NCBI GenBank assembly: GCA_002633005.1
Contig: NMRA01000183.1
Span: 567,008-600,544, forward strand
Direction of reading: 5' to 3'
Source of the DNA: Phoronis australis
Lineage: Eukaryota; Animalia; Phoronida
Length of the DNA: 33,537 nt
Shown here: positions 1 through 11,011 of the stretch, piece by piece
Layout: every line of letters starts with the position of its first letter
How positions within the stretch are numbered: the first letter of the stretch is position 1
Notes under the pieces: model-generated
Database searches by the model: none
What the model was told of the DNA's origin: nothing
The model's input: only the letters and a program-made list of their open reading frames with translations
Position numbers and translations under genes: made by a program

Positions 1-216
1 ATTTCCACAAATTTGCCGTCTATACCATTATTCCATTCTATACTATTATTAATTTTTTTCCGACAAATTTCCGGTCTATACTATTATTCTACTTTTCTAG
101 TGGCAAAAATGTTGGGTCTATACTATTATTAGAGTCTCTACTTTTATTAAAAATCGTGAAATTTTCCAGTCTATACTATTATTGCTGTCTCTACTACTAT
201 TCGGAACTCCAGAGTA
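1..216. mobile_element. Right end of a TA-flanked Tc1/mariner-pogo-type non-autonomous DNA transposon (in WASHC5 intron)
   Basis: About seven copies of a CTATACTATTATT-like motif, ending ...CTACTACTATTCGGAACTCCAGAG|TA (TA at 215-216). The left end lies outside the window, so the TIR cannot be confirmed. Confidence 0.5.
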
Positions 217-1011
217 CTATATCTTGTCACTGAAAGCCACATTTATGTTCCAACTGATCTTTAAAAAACACAACTAGCAAACCTTCGGAGAACCTAAATA
301 TTGGACGCCATGTTTCCCCATACGCCACACCGCTGAAAATTGACTAACCACGTAATGGCCGCGGGCACCTTGTAGCCAAATTTCAGCTCGACCGTTTTGC
401 CATATATGCTGCTAGAACACAGGTCCATTCGCAACAAAATTATCCATAAAATGAAATCTGATGACGGCGCCAAGTCGTTTCGATGAATTAGTGCAGACAA
501 CTAAAGCACGTGCAAACTCACTGCAGTTTTTAGTATCTCTTTGGCTTCTTGATATGACACCCGCACGTGCGCGGTCGGGGTTTGAATTGAGTTTAAAAAC
601 AAATGAAAAAATAGAACAGTGACATATTGTCAGTTCAACGAGATGGTTTCATTGTGGAAAAAGATTTATTTGCAACTTTTATAACCGATTCACGCGATCG
701 TCTATTTTAGGTCGACTTGGGAGTCTAAATTGCACCCTCTCTGGGTGAAATCAAAACGAGGCAACGCTGTAAAAAACGAGACGGTATCACACATTGAATG
801 CATTACAACGGAACAAAAATTGGTGTCATTTAATTCTTAGATTATGCTTCAAGAAAGATTTATGAAATGTCCGATATTTAGGTTCTGTACGATAATTAGG
901 TACACTATGTGTAGTCGCCTTGAAGAAGGTTCTGTTTACTCGACATCTAATTCATACAACTTTTTACAAAATTTCTGTCAGTTATCAATAGATCGTACAA
1001 ACTGTACTTAC

Positions 1012-1233
1012 TGGCCTTGAATCTATCTTATTGTCAAAGTACTCTGCACTCTTGAAGTAGCTGAAGTCACATAGAATTTCCCCGTACTTAAGCTGGTCAG
1101 GCTTGGTCTCCAGTCGGAAAACGGAAGGAATGAAATCGGAAAGTCTCAACAACTCTGCAATAATTGCATTGCCTCGTGCAACTAGACTCAGAATAGCCTG
1201 ACCACAGGCATTGTTTTCAGCAAGAAAATCCAT
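1012..1233 (-). CDS. WASHC5: First coding exon (74 codons) of WASH complex subunit 5 / strumpellin
   Basis: Translation [74 protein letters not shown] closely matches the strumpellin N-terminus as I recall it ([30 protein letters not shown]). ATG is at 1233-1231. The exon ends at codon CCA (1014-1012) followed by a canonical GTAAGT donor (1011-1006), phase 0. I did not find the next exon in 1-1000. Confidence 0.96.
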
Positions 1234-1560
1234 AACTTGGACCTGTCTACAAGCACTTTGCCAGCACAATTCCGCAAAGTGATAATATGATCAGCGCAAC
1301 GAGGAACAGGAAGGTTCACCGCGAAGAAACTTCAAGGCAAATCTGGGAACCTGTTGTTATTGAAGACACGCTTACGGCTTGGGAGATTTTCACCACTGTA
1401 ATGTGTGAAGCATCTTGCGATGACCACGGCTGCTGAAATGTTTTTCAATAACGCGATAAATTAAACTCTGTGGCAACTAAAATATTAAGAAACTTAAAGA
1501 CACCTCCCACTCCTCGCTACATGCAGCGCCATCTGTTTATCACATGATGTGGCGCAATAA
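1234..1560 (-). promoter_or_regulatory. Probable WASHC5 5'UTR/proximal promoter region
   Basis: Lies immediately upstream of the ATG and is CpG-containing. It has GGAA-core (ETS-like) sites in AGGAACAGGAAG at ~1302-1313 and a GCAGCGCCATCTG motif at 1523-1535 (partial CTCF/YY1-like). The TSS cannot be determined. Confidence 0.3.
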
Positions 1561-1789
1561 TAGAAAAATTAACTGACGCCCAAGAATCGACAAGGCAAAG
1601 TGTCTTGGGCCTTGGCCGATGACATACGCCGAAACCTATTCAGCGAATTATGTCTCACACTGATTAAATCATCAAAACTTTGTTGCTGCAATAAGGCCTT
1701 TGGGGCTCACAGCGCGGAAAGCCGTTGATGTCTTGAACGCAGCTCAGCCTAGCCAGCCATACAACATTATCACGATCGTGATGCAAAAA

Positions 1790-3320
1790 GATGTAGTGTA
1801 CGTACTGGTACCTCCTTTTGTAGTGTATGTACCCCCATGTTTACAAATGTCATTAAATTAAAATATCACTCGGTAAGTGAGCAACATTGGTCATAGACAG
1901 TTTCCTTCCTTAAAAATGTTAGATTAAAAGAGTGTTTATTGCATACATTTGTTTTGAGTGAAATATTAGCAAAGATTTGTACGTACCCCCAAGATATTTT
2001 AATTTGTGCCCATTTTCAAAGTATGGCAGATATGCACATGAATGCTTTGCTTTTTATTTTTTCTCTTTGAATTGATTTAGTTACAAACCTGACATGTCAT
2101 TGAAGTACGTACCTAGTGTGTAGTGTACGTAAATACCATGAAACAAAATAGTCACAGCTTCCTCCATTAAAAATGCTAGGTCAAAAGGGTGTTAATTACA
2201 AATACATTTGTTTTAAGTGAAATATTAGCATTTGTGTAGTGTACGTACTCCGATTTTAACATGTGCCTGTTTTCAAAAAATGACAGACAGATAGGCACAT
2301 GCCTTGCATGCTGTACTTTTTATTGTTCGCTTTGAATATTGGTAAAAGAATTAACTCGCAGTAGATTTTCATTATTTTTTATAAACCTGAGAAGTCATTG
2401 AAATGTAGTGTACGTACTCCTGTGTAGTGTACGTACCTCCAAGCCTCTGTGCTATAAAGTATTGCCCACAAGAATTTTTACAAAACAGCTGTTCTGACTG
2501 TACTTCGGGAGCAAGTTTTCCGCGGTTATACAGAATTTGTTAAATGTACGACACTTTTCATTGTTCGCAGTCTTTATTCCGCCGTTGCGTTCATACGTTC
2601 GGAACAAAACTCTACCCTCAACTGAACATAGATACAGTAACTGACCTAGCGACATAATTAAAAGACACACGATATTTCGAAATTATACTGCTGTTCTCAT
2701 GAACAATACTGATATTTCCAAAATGAATACAGTCTGACAAAAAAAAAACAATGGACATTATAAAATTTGTGGACAATAAAATGCCACACAGGACTTGGCT
2801 AGTACTGAAAATGCTTAAAGACACGTCATGTGACAACTGATGTCGCAGAGGCAGATTCTCTATCTCTGAAGGCAACTTCAACTTGCAACAAACCAACAAT
2901 TAGAGGCAGCACAAAACTCGAGACCATCCCATACACTTGTAACTTAGTCAAAATGTGACATTGATTGACTGTGCGTAGTGTACGTACCCCCCAACCTGTA
3001 CCATTTTTTACTGTTTACAAGTGGAACACTGGGCCTAGCGGCAATGCTTTAACTATTTTGACCAATAAAGTTTTTGAGAAGGTAGTTACTCGCAATTTCT
3101 TTTTGTAAGAATCTTATTGCAAGAGAAGGAAGTTCTCATTATGTGTTAAGATATACAATGTATCATCATCTAGAACAACTTGATCAGCACTGTAATAACT
3201 TTTCTTATTTTAGTATGTGATACTTCTTTAATTTAATCAAAAACTTTTTAAATTAACAGCTACCTTATGAATTTTTGCAAGGTAGAAGTGGGTTGTGACC
3301 ACAATTTGTAATGTACGTAC
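1790..3320. repeat. Repeat region with dispersed GTAGTGTACGTAC motif and a diverged ~300 bp tandem unit; probably a non-autonomous DNA transposon interior
   Basis: The motif (palindromic core GTACGTAC) or a variant occurs at ~1793, 1820, 1978, 2120, 2236, 2405, 2424, 2975 and 3308. Segments ~1790-2100 and ~2100-2400 share blocks such as TTAAAAATG.TAG, ATACATTTGTTTT.AGTGAAATATTAGCA and AAACCTGA...GTCATTGAA. Confidence 0.6.
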
Positions 3321-3837
3321 CCTTTTGTACAACTGTGATGCATTAGGCCATAAAATTTTGTTCGGTGGTTCTTGTGCAAAAATATTTAATTTACAAACCA
3401 GGAATGATGGTACTTAGCTTTTACAGTAATATGACAACCTTCATTTTTCACCAAAAGTGGCCACCGAATATGGACCTTGATTGTGATTTGGCCGTGGATG
3501 AAGACCGGTCAAAATACAGCTAGTTACCACTGTGTGTATTTCTTTCTTAGACCCCGAAATTGCACACAGCCAGGGTAGCTCTGCTCGTCACCGCGCCGTG
3601 AAACTTGTATCAACATGTAAAGCTAAAAACCGGACGGGGTGCATGTAAAATCTGGAAATCAACCGACACTCACCTTGCCCGTTGACTGACAGCCGTTTAA
3701 GTGAAAAACATTGCAACAAACGTCATTTTATTGCGTAACTCTCCGCTTTTACAAACAATGAAAAGTATGTAGTTTTGAAAACAATACGCTCGTGTCACGC
3801 GCACGCGCCATTTCCTAAATTTTTGCTACACCACGGG

Positions 3838-4550
3838 AGAAAGAGAGAGAGAAAACGCTTTTATTTACATTACATTATAATAATACATTGATTAAATTTG
3901 ATTTCAATTAGGAGGCCTTCTAAAGGTTATTGACCGCTTATAAGAAGGTCCCCTGTACAAAATAAACAAATGGAAATGCAAAAATCAGTAGGAATACTTA
4001 AGAAAACAGTGAATTAGTGCTGAAAACGACCGACACGCCAGGAACCAAGAAGTAAACTGGCACATCTCAGGAGATTTTGAGAATACAATTAGATACTGTT
4101 ACATATGAAGCAATTGGAAATATGACAAACTGGATCGTAGTTGCTAATACTAAAATTGGTTAAGAACCTGGAGAATGCTTGCAAAGAATGCGTTTTTATT
4201 ATATTTAGAGCAGAGACTGGTATTTCGTTGTTGTTATAAGTCGAGGAATCTGAAATCTCGTCAGGCTCTTGATGACAATTTGTTGGACGGAGGAATTAAA
4301 ATTTTGGGTTGTATTGTCGGTATAGCAGCTGAGTATTGATTCAGGTATGTAGGAGTTTTAATGTGTCTGGTTGGTTTATATTGGATGGGTTTACTAAAGA
4401 AGTTGTTAGTGTGAAAATACTTAGGAAGCTGATTATTGAGGAATTTGTAGTAAAATTTTTCAGTTGAGATTTTAAAGATGTCTTGAACTAGAGGGAGGCG
4501 AAGTTCCTTACATATGGGCAGAGAGTGAGCATTATAACTGGAATTTGATA
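3838..4550 (-). mobile_element. 5'-truncated non-LTR retrotransposon 3' end (L2/CR1 group, Daphne/Crack-like), copy 1
   Basis: The minus strand reads SNSSYNAHSLPICKELRLPLVQDIFKISTEKFYYKFLNNQLPKYF... and, after frameshifts, KTHSLQAFSRFLTNFSISNYDPVCHISNCFICNSI* (stop 4091-4089), a typical ORF2 C-terminus. A 3'UTR follows with AATAAA and a (TC)n tail, seen as (GA)n at 3838-3852. Confidence 0.8.
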
Positions 4551-5397
4551 GCTTGGCAGCAGCAAAATATCTTCTGAAATTCAGTTTTTCGGTATCAAAA
4601 TTCTAAAAACTTTTAATGGAGTGAATCCAGTTTTGATAATTTGTTGTGACGTGAACGCAACCTCGTGAAAGCAGAACAGTTGATTGAAAAGAGAAACTGG
4701 CCAATAGGTGACGCAATATTTAATGGCGCCGACATCGTTCCACAACTTAGCAGCAGAATAACGGTAGAACGCCATTTTTGCCAAACCGTTAAANGTGATA
4801 CTTCTTTAATTTAATCAAAAACTTTTTAAATTAACAGCTACCTTATGAATTTTTGCACGGTAGAAGTGGGTTGTGACCACAATTTGTAATGTACGTACCC
4901 TTTTGTACAACTGTGATGCATTAGGCCATAAAATTTTGTTCGGTGGTTCTTGTGCAAAAATATTTAATTTACAAACCTGGAATGATGGTACTTAGCTTTT
5001 ACAGTAATATGACAACCTTCATTTTTCACCAAAAGTGGCCACCGAATACGGACCTTGATTGTGATTTGGCCGTGTATGAAGACCGGTCAAAATACAGCTA
5101 GTTACCACTGTGTGTATTTCTTTCTTAGACCCCGAAATTGCACACAGCCAGGGTAGCTCTGCTCGTCACCGCGCCGTGAAACTTGTATCAACATGTAAAG
5201 CTAAAAACCGGACGGGGTGCATGCAAAATCTGGAAATCAACCGACACTCACCTTGCCCGTTGACTGACAGCCGTTTAAGTGAAAAACATTGCAATAAACG
5301 TCATTTTATTGCGTAACTCTCCGCTTTTACAAACAATGAAAAGTATGTCCTTTTGAAAACAATACGCTCGTGTCACGCGCACGCGCAATTTCCTAAA

Positions 5398-6367
5398 TTT
5401 TTGCTACACCACGGGAGAGAGAGAGAGAGAAAACGCTTTTATTTACATTACATTATAATAATACATTGATTGAATTTGATTTCATTAGGAGGCCGCTAAT
5501 AAGAAGGTCCCCTGTACAAAATAAACAAATGGAAATGCAAAAATCAGTAGGAATACTTAAGAAAACAGTGAATTAGTGCTGAAAACGACCGACACGCCTG
5601 GAACCAAGAAGTAAACTGGCACAGCTCAGGAGATTTTGAGAATACAATTAGATACTGTTACATATGAAGCAATTGGAAATATGACAAACTGGATCGTAGT
5701 TGCTAATAATAAAATTGGCTAAGAACCTGGAGAATGCTTGCAAAGAATGCGTTTTTATTATATTTAGAGCAGAGACTGGTATTTCGTTGTTGTTTATAAG
5801 TCGAGGAATCTGAAATCTCGTCAGGCTCTTGATGACAATTTGTTGGACGAAGGAATTAAAATTTTGGGTTGTATTGTCGGTATAGCAGCTGAGTATTGAT
5901 TCAGGTATGTAGGAGTTTTAATGTGTCTGGTTGGTTTATATTGGATGGGTTTACTAAAGAAGTTGTTAGTGTGAAAATACTTAGGAAGCTGATTATTGAG
6001 GAATTTGTAGTAAAATTTTTCAGTTGAGATTTTAAAGATGTCTTGAACTAGAGGGAGGCGAAGTTCCTTACATATGGGCAGAGAGTGAGCATTATAACTG
6101 GAATTTGATAGCTTGGCAGCAGCAAAATATCTTCTGAAATTCAGTTTTTCGGTATCAAAATTCTAAAAACTTTTAATGGAGTGAATCCAGTTTTGATAAT
6201 TTGTTGTGACGTGAACGCAACCTCGTGAAAGCAGAACAGTTGATTGAAAAGAGAAACTGGCCAATAGGTGACGCAATATTTAATGGCGCCGACATCGTTC
6301 CACAACTTAGCAGCAGAATAACGGTAGAACGCCATTTTTGCCAAACCGTTAAATAATTTAGTTTATT
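5398..6367 (+). mobile_element. Short Helentron-associated (HINE-like) element split by the LINE (pieces 5398-5415 and 6111-6367; duplicate pieces at 3820-3837 and 4551-4793)
   Basis: Removing the LINE restores an imperfect hairpin TTTTGCTACACCA-cggggct-TGGCAGCAGCAAAA. A second TAGCAGCAGAA at 6308-6318 is followed by the stem TAACGGT...ACCGTTA (6319-6351) and TTTAGTTTATT. This is the subTIR/hairpin layout of Helentron-type elements. Confidence 0.5.
5416..6110 (-). mobile_element. Same LINE 3' fragment, copy 2 (within the duplicated segment)
   Basis: Near-identical to 3838-4550, with stop at 5650-5648 and (GA)n tail at 5416-5430. It lacks the 1-bp deletion present in copy 1 within the RLINNNEIP segment. 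Confidence 0.8.
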
Positions 6368-6429
6368 CAAGGAAGACTGTAGTTTTTAATGATACTAATT
6401 TTGTGTTAGATTTTATCTTACCACTTTTT

Positions 6430-7712
6430 TACCCACATAGGTGCAAAGCAGGTTCACGAAAGTAAAAAGCAAATTTGGAAACATTACGGACTATTTTTTT
6501 GTACGCTCGGAGTGAGTTGGGGATATTAGTTGCCTCTTTTTTGTTTGCATTATTTATATGTGATGTAGAAACTTGAGTGGAAAAGAATCTAGTCTCTATT
6601 GTTATTGTTGGTATGTTAGACGTGTAGTTTTGCATTTTTGCTGTTTGCCGACCACTTGGTATTATTTGCTGAATCAACTTATAAAATTGATAAATAATTT
6701 AGTAGAATATTGCAAAATTTTTCGATCACCAGTTCGTTTATCAAAAAAGATTATTTTATTCTGACATTATGAAAAGTGGTTTCTTGAGGGAAATCCTATT
6801 GTAGTCACATCAGAACATAAATACCTTGGTATTAAAGAATTATCTAAACCAGTTAAGGTGTGGGTCAAGTTATTCGACGTCACAAGATAGCAACTATGGT
6901 TGACTATGGAGCAGGAATATGGGATCAACACATGGGCGACAATAAGCACTTTTGACGAATTTCGTAAATTTGTGTTGCATTTAAGAAGAACGGCACCCAA
7001 CGTTGCAGCCTGAGCTGAATTGAGAAGAAGGACTATAAGGGCACATAAACTATTAAAACTGATAAAATGTTGGTTTAAGCTTGTGATATGTTCGATAATA
7101 GGCATTTTTAGAGTTTGCCATTCTTATAAATACGAGATGGTTGAATAGGTGAAGACTGTTGAGCACTTGAAGTTAAAAAAACATGTTTTCGAATGGTTTT
7201 GAGATTATTTGATGCTCCCATGCAGTTGGGAGATGAGACTGTATTTTTAAACGTTTCTAAACAGCGCTGCAATCAGATGTGGCACGAAAACGTATCGTTA
7301 TTAAGCACGTTAGATGTTTATAGATTTTTCAAGCCGACACTCATATATCAGAGCATTATGTTTCAAACCTAAAATGTGCTTTTCAGCACAGAAAAACGCT
7401 GGCACGAAATGAGAGACTGTGCCCTTCTTGTGGCATGAGAGTTATTGAGAAGGAATGTCAGTTCTTGTTAGTATGCCTTTTGTATGTGGACCTTTGTGTT
7501 TGGACATTTGTGTTTGGACTTGTGCTGTAATAGATGAATTAATAATTTCATAACCAGTGTAGCCTAGTCCATCAGAAAAATTGAGATGCCGTACTAGATG
7601 TTGAAGTGTAGTTTTTGTTTTGTTTATTGTTTTTTGCTCTTTTTGTTTAAACCAAGACACGTGTGTGTTTGCATACAACTTTATGTCTGTAAAAAGGGGC
7701 CGGTGGCCTAAT
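6430..7712 (+). pseudogene. Decayed non-LTR retrotransposon ORF2 (reverse transcriptase domains 4-7 through the C-terminal zinc knuckle) plus 3'UTR
   Basis: Frameshifted plus-strand motifs occur in the correct order: LFALFICD (~6541), FLLFADHLVLFAES (FADD-equivalent at 6644-6655), KLINNLVEYCK, WFLEGNPIVVTSEHKYLGI (KYLG 6819-6830), KLFD, MVDYGAGIW, FRKFVLHLRRTAPNVAA*AEL, KLIKCWFKL and RNERLCPSCGMRVIEKECQFLLVCLLYVDL (~7405-7494). The 3' end has a GGCC-GGT-GGCC stem (~7697-7708). Confidence 0.85.
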
Positions 7713-8519
7713 TACCACTGAATCACTGCGCCATGAGTCAGACGTATAACGCAGCATGATTAATCAACCATTCATGTAATCTACAAGATCGAGGAAGTTG
7801 GGTCGCGGGATACTCCAGGGGATTAGTAATCCACTCACTCGAACAACTTGTGTAAACATACTGCATAATTTATGTAAAAAAATGAAAAACATATTTCATC
7901 AAATGTCATCATAATCGGTAGTATATCGATTCCACGTAATGATTCCGTTTGTCAGGTGCAGAGACAACGCTGCACTAATCTCCCGTGATGATTATTAAAA
8001 ATGGTGTGTGGCAGGCATACCTGAGTGAACTAGAGGTCAAAATAAACCTATTTCAATATCCACGAATAATAAAAAGCCACGCCGACTCGATCATTTCAGT
8101 ACTAATAGCTGGCTAGAACTCTTTTGACTCTATACACATATAACTGTCTCATAAAGAATCCCCACTGAAAGAACAGCCAAAGACATTAAATATTTAGTAA
8201 CAAATCTACCGAAAATGATAACTCGACAAAAAGTTGACCCAAACAGTGGAACGGCAGTGGATAGTTCAGCTGATGAGTAGCGACCCTTCATGACGGTTTT
8301 GAGTGCCATTTGTTTTCCACATTGTCCTGAATTTGTGAATGATAGATTAGCGTCGGACAATCAATAAGCCTTGTTCCGGCCTCCAGCGCGCGGCCACCTT
8401 CGTGTAAACCAAAATACAGTCAAGTTCCTATTGCTAGTTTCAGTCACTACGGCAGCGCCCTCATATGACTTGTGATTACAAAGGCGCTGCAATGTCAACG
8501 CCATGACACCGTAGCTGTA

Positions 8520-9095
8520 TGGTGGGCCGTTGGGGGGAAAGTGTCGCCTTAAAATTTCGCTCGTAATTACGAGCTTAAATTAAATTGCAGGAGTGTCGCC
8601 GTACAATTACGCTCGTACATTAAATGGGGAAACGTTTCGCCGTAAAATTACGCCCGTAATTACGAGCGTAAGTTAAATTGCAAAAGTGTTGCAGTAAAAT
8701 TACGCCCGTAAATTAAATGGGGGAAATGTCGCCGTAAATTACGCTCGTAAAATACCTTAAGAACGTTCCAAATTTAAACCAATCAGTGATGACCTAACAT
8801 ACACGACTGTTGCTGGGCAGCTCGTTCTTGCACAATCGCTGACATGGCAGCAGCGATTTGATCCGCCATGAAATCCGTCAGTAAATAAGTATTTCCATGA
8901 GCGCGCGCGATCGTGGATTGTAAAACCCAACGTCATTGGCTAAGAGTTAAACTAAATTACGAGCGTAATTTTACGCCGTAAAGAATTAAATTACGCTCGT
9001 AATTTTACGGCGTAATTAACGGCGTAAATAACGGCGTAATGTACACGATTACGCTCGTATTTTTCCGGCTACACTTTCCCCCCAACGGCCCATCA
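8520..9095. mobile_element. MITE with ~28 bp TIRs, TA flanks and subterminal motif arrays
   Basis: Left end TA|TGGTGGGCCGTTGGGGGGAAAGTGTCGCC; right end GGCTACACTTTCCCCCCAACGGCCCATCA|TA (2 mismatches). About a dozen TTACGCTCGTAA / TTACGAGCGTAA / TTACGGCGTAA motifs lie in both arms. Confidence 0.9.
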
Positions 9096-9815
9096 TATTA
9101 TAGCTGAGTTCACTGCGTAGACCCAAGGGTCTCGCGATGGAAGTTAGTGCGATCATATGCTGTGGTTGTGGCATGACAATATCTCACTAAGTCTTACGTT
9201 CTCGAGAGTGTCGCTTTCCCGGCAACGCACTCCAGGGAATTTCGGGGTTAACATCACCAACTGTGTGCTGCCCAACATTCATGGGGTGTTGAACCTTTCA
9301 TTCGGCGGGGGAATGACACCTTTTCCAAACAATATCTTCTGCTGCGTCATAATAGCATTGAGTGTTTCATTCGGACATGAGCAGGCGCAATTCAATGTTT
9401 TTCCATTGTCTGTGGCGGGTAAAACGGCCGATCAACTTTCCTCTGTATAGGGTGAGATGAGAAGGCGAGGAAATCAGGTAAATATTTGTGCATCTCGTTG
9501 ATGTCGGGAAGGCGAAGAATTTCACATCACGCATACACAGGTATTAGGAGTCGGAGTTGCAGCCCACAGCACAGCAGCACTACTTCGTTGGCATTGGAAG
9601 GACGAATAGAGTAACGCAATTGAGAAAAAACTTGTAAACAATCAAACAACAACAAATAACATGTGAAACTCCAATGGCATGAAACCGAGGCAGCAAATGT
9701 GCCTGTGGGTGAGGTTGAGGCATTGTGGGTAAATGCAGCGAGATTCGAGTGTCGCTGTGTAATCCAGGACGGCTTTACTGTGCCACCGGCATGTTAATTC
9801 AACCCACGCCTTCAC

Positions 9816-9955
9816 CATGGGTGGCACAGCACTGAAAAAGTGAGGGATATAGCCCCCAGCCCCCGTATGGTGCACCGCCCATAGACCATGGGCTGCGCAG
9901 CACTGAAAAGTGTGGGGGGCTATTGCTCCAAGACCCCTATGGTGCACCGTCCATG
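9816..9955. mobile_element. Tandem pair of ~68 bp hAT-like mini-MITEs
   Basis: 9816-9883 reads CATGGGTGGCAC...GTGCACCGCCCATA and 9887-9955 reads CATGGGCTGCGC...GTGCACCGTCCATG. The two are clearly homologous (CAGCACTGAAAA, TATGGTGCACCG). Outer flanks are TTCAC / TTCAT. Confidence 0.65.
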
Positions 9956-10893
9956 TTCATGCAGTGGCTGTATAAATTATAGGGCCATCTGTTTAACCGC
10001 TCATGATCAAAGCTCGCTTCAAGAGCACATGCATATTTCACCAGTTCTTTACTTCCCATCTCGCTTCCTTTTATTTCATGTCAAAGACGAAAAAGACGTT
10101 GAGGAATTAGGTGTTTGTTTTAAGAACATGTCAAGTTTTAAGCGTGCATGCTTAGTCATAATATTTGCAATGGGCTGCTGAGAGGCTGCATCGGATTTGA
10201 CTGACAATGCTTTTGGTTAAAACACGCCCATTATGCATGATAGACTGACTTCCTTACTGGATCTTACAAGCATGAAAACAAAAGACAAGTGCAAAGTGTT
10301 TGGGTTAAGGTTTGTACCAATGCTGTGCATTAACTGATTAATTTGATCGAGCGTTGTAGTTATCCAATCAAACCTAATTTCATTGCTTCATTTTCACTTT
10401 GTCATTCTTGTTCAACACTGTAGTGTTGCTCTTGGGTTAGGTTTCTAGACAACCAGCGATTTTTCGGCAAAATTAGTCAGCAAACCCGACATTTGCACCG
10501 GTCATTCAATTTAAACGCACCGCGTCTGTCGGGCCCTGGCTGAACAATGGGAATAGTTTGGCCTTGGAAATCTTTTCTGCTCGACAACCTATCAAACTAC
10601 ATAACGGGTTTTTCAATAGGACACCATTTTGAGTGCAATTATTAGGCCCTTACAGCTGTGCCGGTTTACGTGGCAGTAAAAAACTACTCGTAATTGAGTA
10701 GCCAAGTGCGCTCGTCTGTATGTGTCTGCGTGTAAATATTATTACTGTTTTGAGTTGTTTCTATAATAAGAATGCGTTTGCGCAATGTTTACCTGTTACC
10801 CACGTGCCTTTTTGCCACTTCGATTTCTGAGCAGTGGGCCCAATATTATCTATTGCATATACCCGTGAAATAAAGTTTTAAGAAATGAAAGTA

Positions 10894-11001
10894 CCCTGTG
10901 TTGCTGGCACATCATAAACCTTTGTAATTTCTCACGCGACATAGCCATATTTTTCCGTTCAACGAAAAAACAGGACGTTTCATGTTTTTTGCAACACTGG
11001 G
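10894..11001. mobile_element. Possible short MITE with CCC...GGG termini (CMC/EnSpm-like)
   Basis: CCCTGTGTTGC (10894-10904) and GCAACACTGGG (10991-11001) form a 10/11 inverted match. Flanks are TA/TG. Confidence 0.35.
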
Positions 11002-11011
11002 TGTTACATGT

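Larger units (their letters stand above)
3217..6353. repeat. Near-identical direct duplication 3217-4793 / 4795-6353 joined by a single N; likely uncollapsed haplotypes
   Basis: Both copies begin GTGATACTTCTTTAATTTAATC and end CCAAACCGTTAAA. They differ by scattered SNPs and small indels, and an N sits exactly at the junction (4794). Confidence 0.85.

Noticed and set aside
985-1269. ORF-track boundaries for the strumpellin ORF (94 aa)
   Set aside because: The track uses a non-ATG start and reads through the splice donor. Homology runs only from the ATG at 1233 to the donor after 1012.
1300-3000. Head-to-head partner gene sharing the WASHC5 promoter (as NSMCE2 does in human)
   Set aside because: I could recognise no plus-strand coding exon, and the region is occupied by repeats.
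1790-3320. CRISPR-like interpretation of recurring short motifs (also 8520-9095 and 30476-31246)
   Set aside because: The context is eukaryotic, the motifs are short or degenerate, spacers are irregular or mutually homologous, and no cas genes are present.
6429-7678. Minus-strand ORFs of 82, 112 and 78 aa
   Set aside because: Antisense shadows of the plus-strand decayed LINE ORF2.
8130-8360. Hydrophobic ORF faintly like a GPCR TM1 segment
   Set aside because: It lacks the GN motif, has stops immediately downstream, and has no supporting exons in a consistent order.
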